Source: Hydrurus foetidus (Eukaryota). Taken from it: a stretch of DNA of 54,280 nucleotides. Position 1 is the stretch's first letter. Each line of letters begins with the position of its first letter. The DNA is taken from the NCBI GenBank assembly GCA_900617105.1, contig UYFQ01000740.1, forward strand, positions 62,001 through 116,280. Reading direction: 5' to 3'. Under the pieces are notes generated by a model. That model searched no databases. It was given only the letters and a program-made list of their open reading frames with translations, and was not told where the DNA came from. Position numbers and translations under genes: made by a program. Below, piece after piece: positions 24,829 through 46,312 of this stretch.

Positions 24829-25345
24829 CGCTTACGGGCTCCTTTTTCAATTGTGTTAAGTTGCCACCTTGATTCCACAAATTCCAGCGATGGCTTGGTT
24901 GCGCTACTGTACGGAATGCGATGATGCAACACAAGTTTGTGAGAGTACGTGAAGGGGACTACGCCAGTACAGTACTGATTTGGAACCGACTGGCAACTGA
25001 ACAGAGTCGAAAGAATTCGTGCCATCTTCGAATCGGACACAACATGGTTTTGCATTTGCATAAAAATTTGGAAGAACAGAATGCAGATTTTTATCCGGGA
25101 ATGCGAAGAACATGCTGACATTGTCGTGACAGAATGTCTGATGTCCGAATGGATGAGGTCCCAGCTCACGCTCACGCAAATGGTATGTTGCTGTTTTGTC
25201 AAGAGCAGCTCGATTAGCACCGACAGTGACCACATACAGCAACATCAGCAGTGCCCCGGAGCCACAGCATTAAAGCCCTACTAATCTATTAAGTGCACAG
25301 ATTGCACTCATTTAAGGAGAACATCAACCGATCGCCGCTTCTGTC
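24829..25345. promoter_or_regulatory. Putative bidirectional promoter shared by the NAR1-NiR fusion and nitrate reductase
   Basis: 517 bp between divergent start codons (24828 on -, 25346 on +) of two genes in the same pathway. No specific motif identified. Confidence 0.65.
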
Positions 25346-28300
25346 ATGGCTCCCGCTGCTGAACTAGGTCCTTTAATTGGGGCGTCGTTATTCGCAATCA
25401 TCGTCGCTGTCACAGCCAATCGTAACATCACCAAGAAACCCTTAACTGAAGGGAAGGCAGAGGAATCATCTGTCGAAGTCAAAGATGAATTTGAGGGGCA
25501 GTACCAACCAGGACAGCCAATGCCTAACTACACACCTGACGAAATAACGAAGTACTACTTGAATGGCATGATCGACGATGAAACCTTTCAAGAGTCTGCT
25601 ACTGTGATTGATGGAAGAGATGCTGATACTCCAGACGAGTGGATTCCTAGACACAAAGAACTCGTGAGACTCACGGGCAGGCATCCATTCAACTGTGAAG
25701 CTCCACTGAAAGCTCTCCATGAGAAGGGATTTATCACACCTACATCTCTCCACTACGTGCGAAATCACGGTGCTTGCCCAAATATCGCATGGGAGAACCA
25801 TGTCATTGATATTGGAGGCCTTGCTCCTAAACCAATTCAACTGAAAATGAGAGACATAATGGCTCTCCCAACGCACTCACTGCCAGTAACCCTCGTGTGC
25901 TGCGGTAATAGACGTAAAGAACAAAACATGATTAAGCAGACGATTGGATTCAATTGGGGCGCTGCTGGTGTTTCTACTGGTGTGTGGACAGGAGCTCGTC
26001 TCATCGATATTTTGAAACTGGCTGGAATAGAGGGCATCGACAACTTTGCGGAGGGACATCACATCAGATTTGCATCAGAGAGTGAGCGAGGAGGTGACAA
26101 ACTGCCTGGAGGAGTCTATGGAACCAGCATATCCCTTGAGAAAGCGGTAAGTAAGATCTACCTTCAAGTGTCGATCATCTTCGAGGGTTTCTGCCGCGCA
26201 AGTTTTCCTCTTCTAACTCTGAAATGTTTTCATCGAACAGCTGGACAGAACACAAGATGTCATCGTGGCTTACATGTACAACGGCAAACTGCTGACACCA
26301 GACCACGGATTTCCTGTGAGAGTAATTATTCCTGGCTACGTCGGAGGCAGAATGATCAAGTGGATGACAAACATTGACTTGATCGGCACCATCTGCCAAG
26401 ACTACTACCACTTCTTCGACAACAGGTACTGCTCATACCCCTTCTTGTATCCTCCTACTCATCTCAAATCAGCACCACGCTGTGACTGATGACTGTGATC
26501 ATGCATACGCACTACTGCAGAGTCATGCCTCCACACGTGGACGCAGAATTGGCGAAGTCTGAGAATTGGTGGTTCAAACCTGAATACATCTGCAACGATC
26601 TCTCCATCAACTCTGCTATTGCGAAACCAGATCACGACGAAGTGCTGCAAGTGACACCAGAGGGGACATACACATGCGGAGGATATTGCTACACTGGCGG
26701 TGGACGAAGAGTGACTCGCATGGAGGTATCCCTCAACAGTGGAGCCCTCTGGCACCTCGCGACAATCAAGATTACTGAGAGGCCATCACGGTCTGGCAAA
26801 TACTGGTGCTGGATCTTCTGGGAGTGCACTTTCACGCATGCTCAGCTAGCTGAAGCCTCTGAGATTGTGCTGAGAGGCTGGGACGAGGGACACCAAACAC
26901 AGGTGCGAAGCAGTTCAGTCCACAACAACTCCACTCCACCCCAAGCACCATGACCTCATCCCTCTATCTAACTTTTCACATTCTATGAACAACAATGCCA
27001 GCCTGACAAGCCCACATGGAACTTGATGGGGATGCTTAACAACCCCTGGTTCAGGGTGAAGATCGCCAAGACAGTGGACCCAGTGACGGGCAACGTCTCC
27101 CTCCAATTCGAACACCCCACACTCGCAGGTATTACCACTCATACTACGACAATATCAACTGTGAAAGTCGAGGTCAATCACTCGGACTCGTTGCCAACAA
27201 TAGGAAGCACACGAACCAGACCTCATGTGATCTCCATTTTTGACTCCTTTCACAGGCAATCAGAACGGCGGATGGATGCCTAAGATTAGAGAACATCCTG
27301 CACTCACCACACCGGGCGTGTACATGGACCCTGCCACAGAGACTGGCACCCTCATCCCCTCGTTGGTACCCAAGACAGTCGAGGAACCAGCTGTTGTGAA
27401 AGCTGTGTTCGATCCTTCGAAACCACATTTCAGCATGGAGGAGGTGGCACAGCACACTACTCACGACTCCGCCTGGTTCGTGGTGAACGACAAGGTGTAC
27501 GATGCGACTCCTTTCTTGAAGGCCCACCCCGGAGGAGCAGAGTCGATTCTGATCAGCGCTGGTATCGACACCACTGAAGAGTTCGACGCGATCCACTCCA
27601 AGAAGGCATGGAAACTGCTGGACGACTACTACATCGGACAGCTGAGGCCAGCCGTCGCCGAGGGTGATATCTCTCCCACGACAGTAACCGCTATTCCAGA
27701 GGAAGTGCATCGCGTCAACGCCAACGGAGACTTGCTCGCCCTGGACCCCAAGAAAAAAATCGCCTTTACTCTCTCCGAAAGAATAGTGCTCAGTCCCGAC
27801 AGTCTCCTCCTCCGCTTCGCCCTCCAGACACCCAAACACATCTTGGGCCTACCTGTTGGCCAGCACATGCTCTTCTCCGCCAAGGTGGATGGCAGTATGG
27901 TGATGAGGGCTTATACCCCCACTTCAAGCGACCATGACGTGGGTCACTTCGACTTGGTCATTAAGGTGTACTATGCAGGCGTGAGTTCTCAGTACCCTGA
28001 GGGCGGCAAGATGTCTCAGTACTTGGGGAAGATGGTCGTAGGAGACAGTATTAACGTGAAGGGCCCTCTAGGACACGTCACGTACGAGGGCAAAGGCGTA
28101 CTCACCCTTGGACAGGAGACGCATAAGGTGAAGAAGTTCTCGATGCTTTGCGCCGGAACAGGCATCACGCCTGTGTACCAAGTGTTGTGCGCAGTACTCA
28201 GAGATCCCAAAGACACCACGGAAATGTCTCTGATCTTCGCTAACAGAACCGAAGCCGACATTCTCCTTAAAGACGAGCTGGACATGCTTGCAAGAGGGCA

Positions 28301-28562
28301 TCCCAACAGACTGAAAGTGCACTACATCCTATCCAAGCCAGCAGACAGTAAGAAGTGGTTAGCCGGAGACGGTGGGAACTGTCCCTCAACCCGCTCTGTC
28401 GGACACCTCAACAAGGAACTAGTCGTTTCTAAGTGCGCACTTGGGGGCATGGACTCAGGAGCATTCGCACTGCTGTGCGGACCTGACGGTTTCCTCTCCC
28501 AGGCATGCGACCCCGCCCTCGAGGCACACGGATACCCCAAGGAGATGTGCGTGTACTTCTAA
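25346..28562 (+). CDS. NIA: Assimilatory NAD(P)H nitrate reductase (Moco + dimerisation + cytochrome b5 + FAD/NAD domains), ~933 aa
   Basis: Exons 25346-26146, 26241-26425, 26521-26902, 27002-27128, 27256-28562 sum to 2802 nt. Motifs RLTGRHPFNCE, HYVRNHG, TLVCCGNRRKEQN, DHGFPVR, WNLMGMLNN, cyt b5 HPGG and FDAIHS, RAYTP, AGTGITP, CGP. Confidence 0.97.
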
Positions 28563-29456
28563 GCACAGTTCACAGATCAGTGGAAGCCAGACACACCCGC
28601 TAAAGATAGGAACATGGACAGACAGACAGAAGGACAAACAGTGTCTCCAGCTGCTGTGATGTGCTGTGTCCTCCTATGGATCAATCCGGTGACGCTGCAA
28701 CTAGCAACTAGAGTTCACAGAGACATTCAGCTCTGTAGACAGAGCCGCACAACACACAATCGACACACCAGCGCACATAACCTAGCAATAGAGATATGCG
28801 TCGTGACTGAAGTATCAATAGACAATTCGACAAGTAGGACGACTGATCAGAGCTCAGGACGAGTTGGATATATCAGAGAGGAGAGCTGTACTATATCCTC
28901 CCATCGTAGATGACTTGCATCCGCTCATTTTGTATTTTGACAATTTGTCACATAACTAACCTCTCCTACCCTGTGAGCTGTACAGCACTGACTGATCTAC
29001 ACCGTCAGCGAGCTCACTACAACACAATCCACATTCGTACCACATCATTTCAGAAAACCACACCCCTCCTGCCACCGAAAGAGCTTACCACGCAGTGTAC
29101 TGTACATAGCCCGCACCATCTTTTCGCCAGTCACATTTGAAAGCTAAGCCCTCACTAGTTCTGACCAGACACGTCAGTAATGTCGCCAGCCCGTTACACC
29201 TTCATTCATCAGACGACGAATAACACCTTCCTGTGGCAGTATCATGAGTCCTTCTCAGAGCGTAGGATGCGAGACACCTGGCTGCAGCCAGATAGACCAT
29301 TAGTCAGTCGTTTTTGAACCAAATTGTGCCCCTTGATGCAATTACTTTATAAAGATTTAAATAAGTCAGATCAGACCAAAAATAATTCCTTCAGCAGCAC
29401 AACCATGAATGCCCGAAATAAAAACTGACATGCCATTTCCGTAGCGTGGATTTCAC

Positions 29457-38269
<8,813 letters not shown>

Positions 38270-38726
38270 GACAGAGATTCTAAGCTGTCAAGCGGAAAGC
38301 GATGAGCACAGTTGGATTCATCATAGCTCGTTGTTGTCTAATTCAAGGTCATTCGAGCAACTATTCTGAGCTCCAAAGCTGCGCAATTTTAAAATAGCAT
38401 GTTTTGTACATTCCAAATTCCAAAGAAATGGGCATACAGTGTACAAAATACAAAATACAAATTTCCAACCGTGCTTTTTGTATTCCGTGTGTGTACCTCA
38501 GCAACAAGTACAAACTCTACAGTAGTAAACTTCTGAGTTCATCCAAATCTGAAATAATGTGGATTGATTGTGGAAGCTGATTTATGTACTATGATGTGTG
38601 TATCAGTAGGTTTGACACATTGGAGCTCCGCCTATTCACCGCTGCTGCAGAAATCTCGCCTCAAGGCAGCAACCGACGCAATTTGAAAATCTACACTGCT
38701 GGGTTACCAAGGGGTGATTAAATAAC

Positions 38727-39584
38727 ATGGGGAATCTTTGTAACTGCATGAAAGTACAGGAAGAGTCATCAAGCGAATATGCGCCTCTAGTTGCCAGAGA
38801 TATCGAACTGAAAAACAGTCATGGTGAAAATGAAAGAGGCGCAAAGTACTATCAAACTGTGATTGATGACGCGCATAAGTGAGCTACGTCGATGATCGAC
38901 TTTGCATCATTAACTCGACGTTTCAATTCTCATCCCTTATTTTCGTATCTCGATCGTTTTTGAACCCAATTGCGACCTCGTCCCAATATCAGGAAATTTA
39001 TTAGTTCTTCAAACAGACATAGGGTGACAATGGGCACCGGAGTGGAAGAATTACGGTAGGAGTTTTGCATGATAGCTGTGTGACCTCCGTGGTTTTAGTG
39101 ACTTACAAATAAATGGACGCCCTTTTTCAGGAGACGTACAAGCTTTTGATGCCCACGATTTCCTCCCTCCTACTCCGAACATTCTCTCTCTGATTCACTG
39201 ATCTGACTTGATTCTATTTTGATTTAATCTCATATGAAGCCAAATAACAAATCCTGAACTATAGCTGACGCTGCGGTGTAACTTCATTGGCTATTTCTCC
39301 CTCCACACTACAGAATTAGATTGGAGAATGCTACAGTAGACATGTCACAGGTGAACTCTGCAGGACTCCGAAGTGCTTCTGCCTCCTCCTCGTCGATAAG
39401 AGGATCAACACGCGTTCTGGAGATAATGAGCGAACCAGTAGATGTTTCCGTCATAGACGCAGTCGCGGATGAGATCGCTGAATTGGTATCAAGTCACACA
39501 TTTAATTTTAGGATGGAGGATACCTTTAATTCCACCGTTGTGTCATTCAAGCCTGTTGTTGGGACCATTTTATCTTCTAACTGA
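38727..39584 (+). CDS. LAMTOR1/Ego1-like Ragulator scaffold subunit (161 aa), N-terminally lipidated
   Basis: Exons 38727-38878, 38993-39055, 39314-39584 sum to 486 nt. N-terminus MGNLCNC (myristoyl Gly + palmitoyl Cys), an EYAPLV sorting-like motif, a YYQTVIDDAHKKFIS helix and a C-terminal EIMSEP...TVVSF segment resembling LAMTOR1. Family call is by pattern recognition. Confidence 0.65.
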
Positions 39585-40407
39585 GTCGTCGGCCCGTAGC
39601 ACTCATCCTTTGCTTCTTCCTCCACTTTACATGATTTGTTTGGTTGTGAAATTTGTTCTATCTTTTAAATAGAATTGAAAATAGATATCGATGGGGATAT
39701 TTAGTGTTCATAAATATTCAGTGTTCGCAGGTTGAGGTATATTCCCTTCAGCACAAGTGCTCGTGTGACCAATGGGCCCTCTGTATTTTTGTTCTAGTCG
39801 ATCCTCAGCAACTCTAACTCATGCGCTGCTGGTTCATGCATTTAAATTGCATTAAAGAGCGAGTCTCTTTCCATGGTCACTTCATCCATGATAAAAGGGA
39901 ACTAATCTGAAGTGAACGTTGGCGTATAGCTGTACGGTCCAAGCCCCGGAACTTGCCAGGGGAGTCGTAAACAAAAAGCAGAGATAATTTGGTAAAATCT
40001 TTGACTTAAAGTAGGAGGTCAATTCTTACACTGATCTCGTGAGCGCTACAATTCGTCTAATAAGCGAGAAGTTACGCGGAAATAAATAAGTGTCAGCTAA
40101 TAAACAGTGATGTCGGTGAATCTGCTGCGACTGCGGGATTAGTCGACGGCAGCATTCATCCGCTATCCAGTTTCTTCGGTGCACAAGTAATGCGTTGCGT
40201 ACCCGGTCACGATACAGATGCTGTTAACGCGGCTTATGTCTTCTTGCAATGTCGCCGCGCACACTCAGTCTTTCGGACCCTCTAACAGTCTACCTCTCAT
40301 ATGTACACTTACACAACACTTTCATTAGGGGAAGTGATCTACGATCGCTATCCTGAGGCCCTCGCACGTAAGAGGATGGGATGGAATGAGACAGAGTCAG
40401 AAAAGAT

Positions 40408-42640
40408 CTACAGGGGGGAATTCGCATTGGCGATGTTCGATGAAGGTAGATTCCGAAACGATCCGCTGTCCTTAGTGAACGAGGGCGGACACTGACTAGC
40501 GTCTGTACAGCCCCCAAACACGCTCGAATTAGATCCTGTACTATTAGCCTTGGATGGTGGTAACAGAAGCGTGGCTGATGCTGATGCGAAGTCCCATCCA
40601 CGCTGTGCGTCATCCGGACTCACAGACCCCCTAGGACTAACACCTCCGGCACTCTTCGCTGACAATACACCCTGTGGTATCACAGACAGAAGGATGTTCG
40701 GAACTCTTGTTGTGCAGTGCTGTGGAAGTGTAGGGGCAGCGACTGCTGATGCTATCGGCCGTAGCGGTGGGTACTGCCATCCAGATGAAAGCGTCTGCTC
40801 GTGCTTCATCATTCCATGATAATACTCAGCAGCAGCGAGGGTGGCGCTCATCTCGTGTGACGAGGAAGAGGATACAGTTGTTGAGGGCGCAGAGATCGCA
40901 GGGGCTGCTGGTGCTGTTTGACTTCGTTTGTCCTGCGCCTGTTGTTGGGAGTAGCCCAGATAGTTTGCCTTTTCTACCGCATTGGCCTCTTCATTCACCA
41001 GCACGACACCCCCATGATTGTACGATTCAACACTCTGCGATTTCTTCGATCCAGCTGGCCGTGGCGGATACGCCACACCCAATTGAGGAGCGGTGTTGCC
41101 GGCTGCCGCAGCGTTTGGTTTGAACCCACCCGAAGTCTTTGATCCGTAGTTGAAGATGCAAGGGGCTTGTTCCATCTTGCCCCAGTCCATGGCGGCGTGC
41201 TTGGGAGTAGGAGAATCGCTTCCACTGCCAGATCCAGAGCCACTGCTGTTGTGCGAGCGAGATGATCCCGAAGAGGAGGGAGCGTTGTGACTGCCACTGT
41301 TGTTGCTTGCAGTGCTCGCCGTCCCATCCCCAGAGGTGTCTCCGTTGATCGAATCGTTTCCGTTGTTCGATCCACTCCATGAGCCCTTCTCGTTATCATC
41401 ACTACCAGAGAGAGAACCGTCATGCTCGTCATCTCCATCTCCGTTGTCGTCGTTGAAGTGGTCGTCGTCGTCATCATCGTCCCCATCGAGATCGTACTCG
41501 TTTTGAGACGCCTGCACAGTCAAGGCAGTCAGTTGGAATAATATCGCAAGTTAGGTTAGAGCACCATGCCATTGCCAGAAAGGTACAGTCGAAGTCAAAT
41601 GTTACCTTGAGAGCGGCAAGTTCCCTCTTCGACTCTGAGGCTCTCTCCTCCGATTTCTCCGCCTCTTCAACTGATAACAGCTTGAGGGATACGAGGTATT
41701 CTCGCAGGGCATGGGACTCGCTCTCCATCGATCCTATCATGGCCTCACTAACCTCCAGCAGTTGCTTCTTCCTGTCCCTTGTGCGTTTCGCATGCATCCG
41801 GTTCCTTTCGCGTCTACATATCAGTTTCTAAGTCAGCCGGACCAAGTTGCGATATAACGTCAGAATGTTTGCGTACCTTATCCTTTCTCGCTCTTGCGGG
41901 GTGTACTTTCCCCTCCTTCTGATTCTCTTTGGTGCCGTTGGCGTACCAGTTGTTGCATTGTCGCCGAACCAATTATTCTCAGCTAACGCAACAGCATATG
42001 CATTTTGGCATATGTTGGCGGACGATAGTATGTTATGGTTCTCGCCGGCTGAATCTTGGAAGGTCTGACATAGACCGAGAAGTACACTGGCTGTGTATCT
42101 ATCATCAACTATTTGCCTCAATCGGACACCCTGCAATTGCAATACATGATGATGTTGGTAAAAAATGATTATCAAGAACCCGTAATAGGACTGAGCTACT
42201 ATTTCGCATGAATGATGTCTAGATGATCTCTTCATACGGGATGATTTCAATAATAGTGAGGTGTTGATGAAGTGACGCTGATGCAGGAGCGCAATTCTAT
42301 CCTCAACTGATGATAAAGATGTCCTTTACCTCATCTTGAAGTTCTCCTATGCGAGTTTGTAGGGTGCTCGACTGCTGCTTCTTTCGTTCCCTTGTTTTGC
42401 GGGCATGCATTCTGTTCCTTTCGCGACTGACAAATGTGATTGTGTTTAGAGTTGGACGCATGTAAGTGATAATAGTCTTCACATCATGCAATAGTGCTTC
42501 GTCGTCCGTGTATATAATCGGAAGGGGGGTGAAACTAACTTTCGATGTAATCTTTCGTCGCCTGAAAGTTTTTTCTTCTTAAACATCATCTCAGGGGGAT
42601 TGCAAGTTGGTGATTTTGAGGGCGCATTTGTTTCCTCCAT
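40408..42640 (-). CDS. bZIP transcription factor with two basic-leucine-zipper regions and a long acidic/Ser-rich C-terminal region
   Basis: Exons ~42640-42540, 42426-42330, 42131-41877, 41814-41607, 41511-40408. Basic regions NRERNRMHARKTRERKK and RRERNRMHAKRTRDRKK, each followed by heptad-like zippers. Confidence 0.85.
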
Positions 42641-43213
42641 GATGCTCCTCTGATGACTCGGTTTGTTCGACAGCCCTATTCAAAGAGACGTCCTTCTCTC
42701 TCGGTAGTTACAATGCACTATTGTCGCTAAGTTTGATATGTATTAGATGCTGACACAGATATGATTCACGAGCAGGCTTTTGGAGCTGGTGAGTGTCAGC
42801 TGCTTCATCACATCAGACATCCTTCTCAAACTGCGGTCGGTGCGACTCACTCTCGATTGTCGAAAGGCGAGAGAGGGAGAGATAACACGTGAGATTAGAT
42901 GAAGATGAGAACCAATTTCTTCGAGTGATTGTAATTAATTGAAGATTGGGGGGTCCTCCTAAAGATTGGGGGGTCCAAAAGGCTTTTCCTTTCTCAATAA
43001 CTGGGTCATCATGCTTGCCTTCAACATCGCAGTTCAACTTCTCACTAAAAACCGGGAAAAGTGTAGGAATACGGTTTCAGTTTTTAGTCTGGAAACGCAG
43101 AGATGATCCAGGATCCTGACCCAGACCCAGGACCCCAGACCCATCTACGGTATACACCGTGCGGTGGATGGAAGCCACCGTAACGGGAAGGTGGGGCGTT
43201 ACGGTACGCCATG

Positions 43214-43436
43214 TATTACCGTAGCAGAATAATATGTCTGCTTTTCATGCCCAAATCCAACTCAAAAGTGTGTGTGGCATGGTCAGAAACGCAGCCCACA
43301 CCACTCTAAAAATTAAAAAGAGGAGGGTTCCCTAGATTTTTTGCTTTTTTAGTAAGGTGTGGGGTGATTTGGACGTATCCCGAGGTGTTTTAGTTTTGGG
43401 CACGAAAAGCGGACAATTTATTTTGCTACGGTAGTG
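43214..43436. mobile_element. ~220-bp foldback MITE with CACTA-like terminus
   Basis: Left tattaccgtagcagaataatatgtctgcttttcatgcccaaa versus reverse complement of the right end cactaccgtagcaaaataaattgtccgcttttcgtgcccaaa. Extra internal symmetry (cccacacc..ctaaaaa / tttttag..ggtgtggg). No clean TSD. Confidence 0.7.
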
Positions 43437-44357
43437 CCATAAAATTTCCTAGTACTCACTACTGACCGAGGAGTACAGTAGCTCTCACTCTCGGTCAGAT
43501 TGCGTTTTCTTTTTTTTCCGTTGAGCTGTTGAGATATATATTTTTGTATCAAAAGATTTCGCGACCACCGTAATGAAGTTTACTCATTCAACAAAAACAG
43601 AGGAAAGCCTATTAGCCTTTGCGAGCTGTAAATTCGCCTGATGATTTCGAATTCGACCTTTGCGATTTTCCACTTGATGATGAAGAGGGTAACACACACA
43701 TCTTGTTTTACTGTAGAGTCTTTAAGCGTCATAACATGTATCATTCAGCGGAGCACTTTATTCTTTGTCCAAGTGTAATACTGTATTTGACTCAGAATTT
43801 TATTCTGTAACACTTTCACGATAAATCCTGTACCCGTCCCCGAGTTCTGGCCTGCTGCGGACATATAGATCTGACCCTACCATTTACGGGAGTATTTGAT
43901 ATTTTATGGAAGCAGTTTTCATGATCTTTTTCGCTAAATCATATCAATTGCATTCCCTGTCAAGTCATATTTGACTTAAGAACAGATAATTATCAATTTT
44001 CATGACTGAGGAACTCTTGATGCTTTGAATTTTGATAGAAATGAGAAGGGATTTTTTTTTACCGAAAGCGACTGAAAGAATCTATCTTCTATTTTTAGTA
44101 CACATCTTTCTCGACGAAGTATTTCTGTCCGTTGGATTGGCACAAATGCCCAAAATCCAAAATCGAATCTTAGATCTTCCGACGTCTTTTGAAAATTCTG
44201 GGACGACAAAATTTACGGAAATACCATACCCGTTGCGGTGTCTGATCTGTGAAGGTTTTGTCCTGATGCCCTGATGCCTGTGTATGACTTCGCGACAGTC
44301 TCCAATCCACAGTGATTATCTCTAATAAAACCGCTGGAAAAGAGCTACTTCGCTGCC

Positions 44358-45918
44358 ATGAGGATAATGACCACTTTATGCCGTGCGTCGCGAATATTGG
44401 CAGTGTCAATGAGCTGCAACGTAAATGTTCGTGCTGCACATAATGTGGCACACGTAGTAACTTCCACTTACGATGCAATCCCTGAGCACCTGTCGCTTAC
44501 AAATGTTGTCGTAATACATCGTCATGGCGACAGATCTCAAATAAGTAGAGAAATCGGGCCAAATTTTCCAGAAACTGCAGACATAAAGGAAATTTGGACT
44601 TCCAAACTTCCAGTCGACACAACAATGATGACAATGGCTGCTGCAGCTCATGTTCCGACCGATGTTCTGTCTCTGAATGTTGAAAAAGCGGTTTATACTG
44701 GGTGGGACGAGAAGAATATACCATACGGACAACTGACTGAGTTGGGAGCACACCAGCTCATGAATATTGGAAGGGAACTCCGTCGGAGATACGTTGGCTC
44801 TTTACTTCCATCGGAATCTTTTGACGCGTCAACGTTACTATATTGTAGATCCACAAATTTTTGCAGAACTATCCAATCAATTCGATCGTTGCTGTCTGGA
44901 CTCCTTAAAGTGGATGGTGACGACTACTCCTCCATGAGAAGTTCCCAGCAGTTGCCTGTCATCCTGAGTAGAGCAAAAAAAGATGAAACTATGTTTCCTG
45001 GAGCTGATGGACCATGTTCTGCTATGACCGAGAGAAGAGCAGAAATTTTTGCTGAGAGTTCAATGGAATCGTCGATACCTAATTATTCAGAATTAGAACA
45101 GAAGATGAGAGACGTTCTGGGTTATGGAGATCGAGTCAGCTGGCTGCCAATTAAAGAAATCCTGACATGTTACGAAGCCCATGGAATTAAATTTCCAGAA
45201 GGTGCGACAAGGTCTTGTGTGCAATCTGCCCCTATAAGTTTTTGCACGATTAATGTCCACCTTGTTTGTTTAGGTATTACTGATAGCGATGCCGATAGAG
45301 TCACCGACCTGGCAGGATGGATGTGGGGTACGATGTACAACGACGATGCTCTTAACCGCCTCGCGATTGGCAGATTTCTCCGGGAACTGCTAGATGTTGT
45401 TCATTCCGCTGTATTTAACTTGCCGACACCACCACCGTCATCATCGTTCTCCTTTCTCCCCTCAACACCCCCACGTACATCGTCTCTCGAGCTTGAAGAA
45501 CACGCTAAAATGATGATCTTCAGCGGTCACGATTCCACCCTTGTTCCTGTGCTATGCGCTCTCGGCATATACGATGGTAAGAACTCATCTTTAATCTGCC
45601 CAATGCGATCACACTATCCTCTAAGACACTATGAACAAACCTTTCGAAGGTGTGTGGCCCCCTTACGCATCCTACTTAAGCATCGAAATTGCTGAATCAC
45701 TTACTGACAAAAAGACGAAATTTGTGAGGGCTATATATAACGATCAAGACAAGATAATGATTGGTTGCGGCAGTGTGTGGTGTCCCTATGAATTGTTCCA
45801 TGCCCGCCTGGAGAGCCTCGCTTTAACCCATGAGGAATACATGGGTAATGCGCAGTGCTCCGTAGGTGGTGACGGCATGGTTGACGAGGATCTCAAGGCC
45901 ACACTGGGGGAGAAATAG
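44358..45918 (+). CDS. Histidine acid phosphatase (branch 2; ACP6/lysophosphatidic acid phosphatase-like)
   Basis: HRHGDRS catalytic motif, GQLTELG, RST..RT..S, SGHDST and WPPYAS. Introns 45202-45273 and 45577-45649. Confidence 0.9.
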
Positions 45919-46312
45919 AGTTTAAGTAGTACCTCTCTCTTCAGTGGAAGCAATGCAGCTGTGGAAGGTCTACACCTTGTTCCACCGAAACAAGTGACGC
46001 AATTGCACTTGATGCTGCCGTATATTCCCTCTTTCTATCACATGTGGCCTTCTGTCACATTGCATTCGCAGTCATTCCATCTTCTGTGTACGTCACAAAA
46101 CATACCATGTTGAAGTTGAGGCCCCTAAATTTAATTCTAGTTGCTGTCACAGCACTACTCAGGTATTTTAATAATTTTTGGTCTGTTCTTGAAAATCCGG
46201 AATCCCGACATAAATTGGCAGTATACGGTAATCATGTACGTTAGTGTTACAGTGAAGGTCAGAAAAGAGCAGTACATCTCAATTCTATCTTAATAGTTGA
46301 GTTTCTAAACAT

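Noticed and set aside
40408..42640. Aureochrome photoreceptor
   Set aside because: The basic region is similar, but no LOV/PAS motif (GRNCRFLQ) follows.
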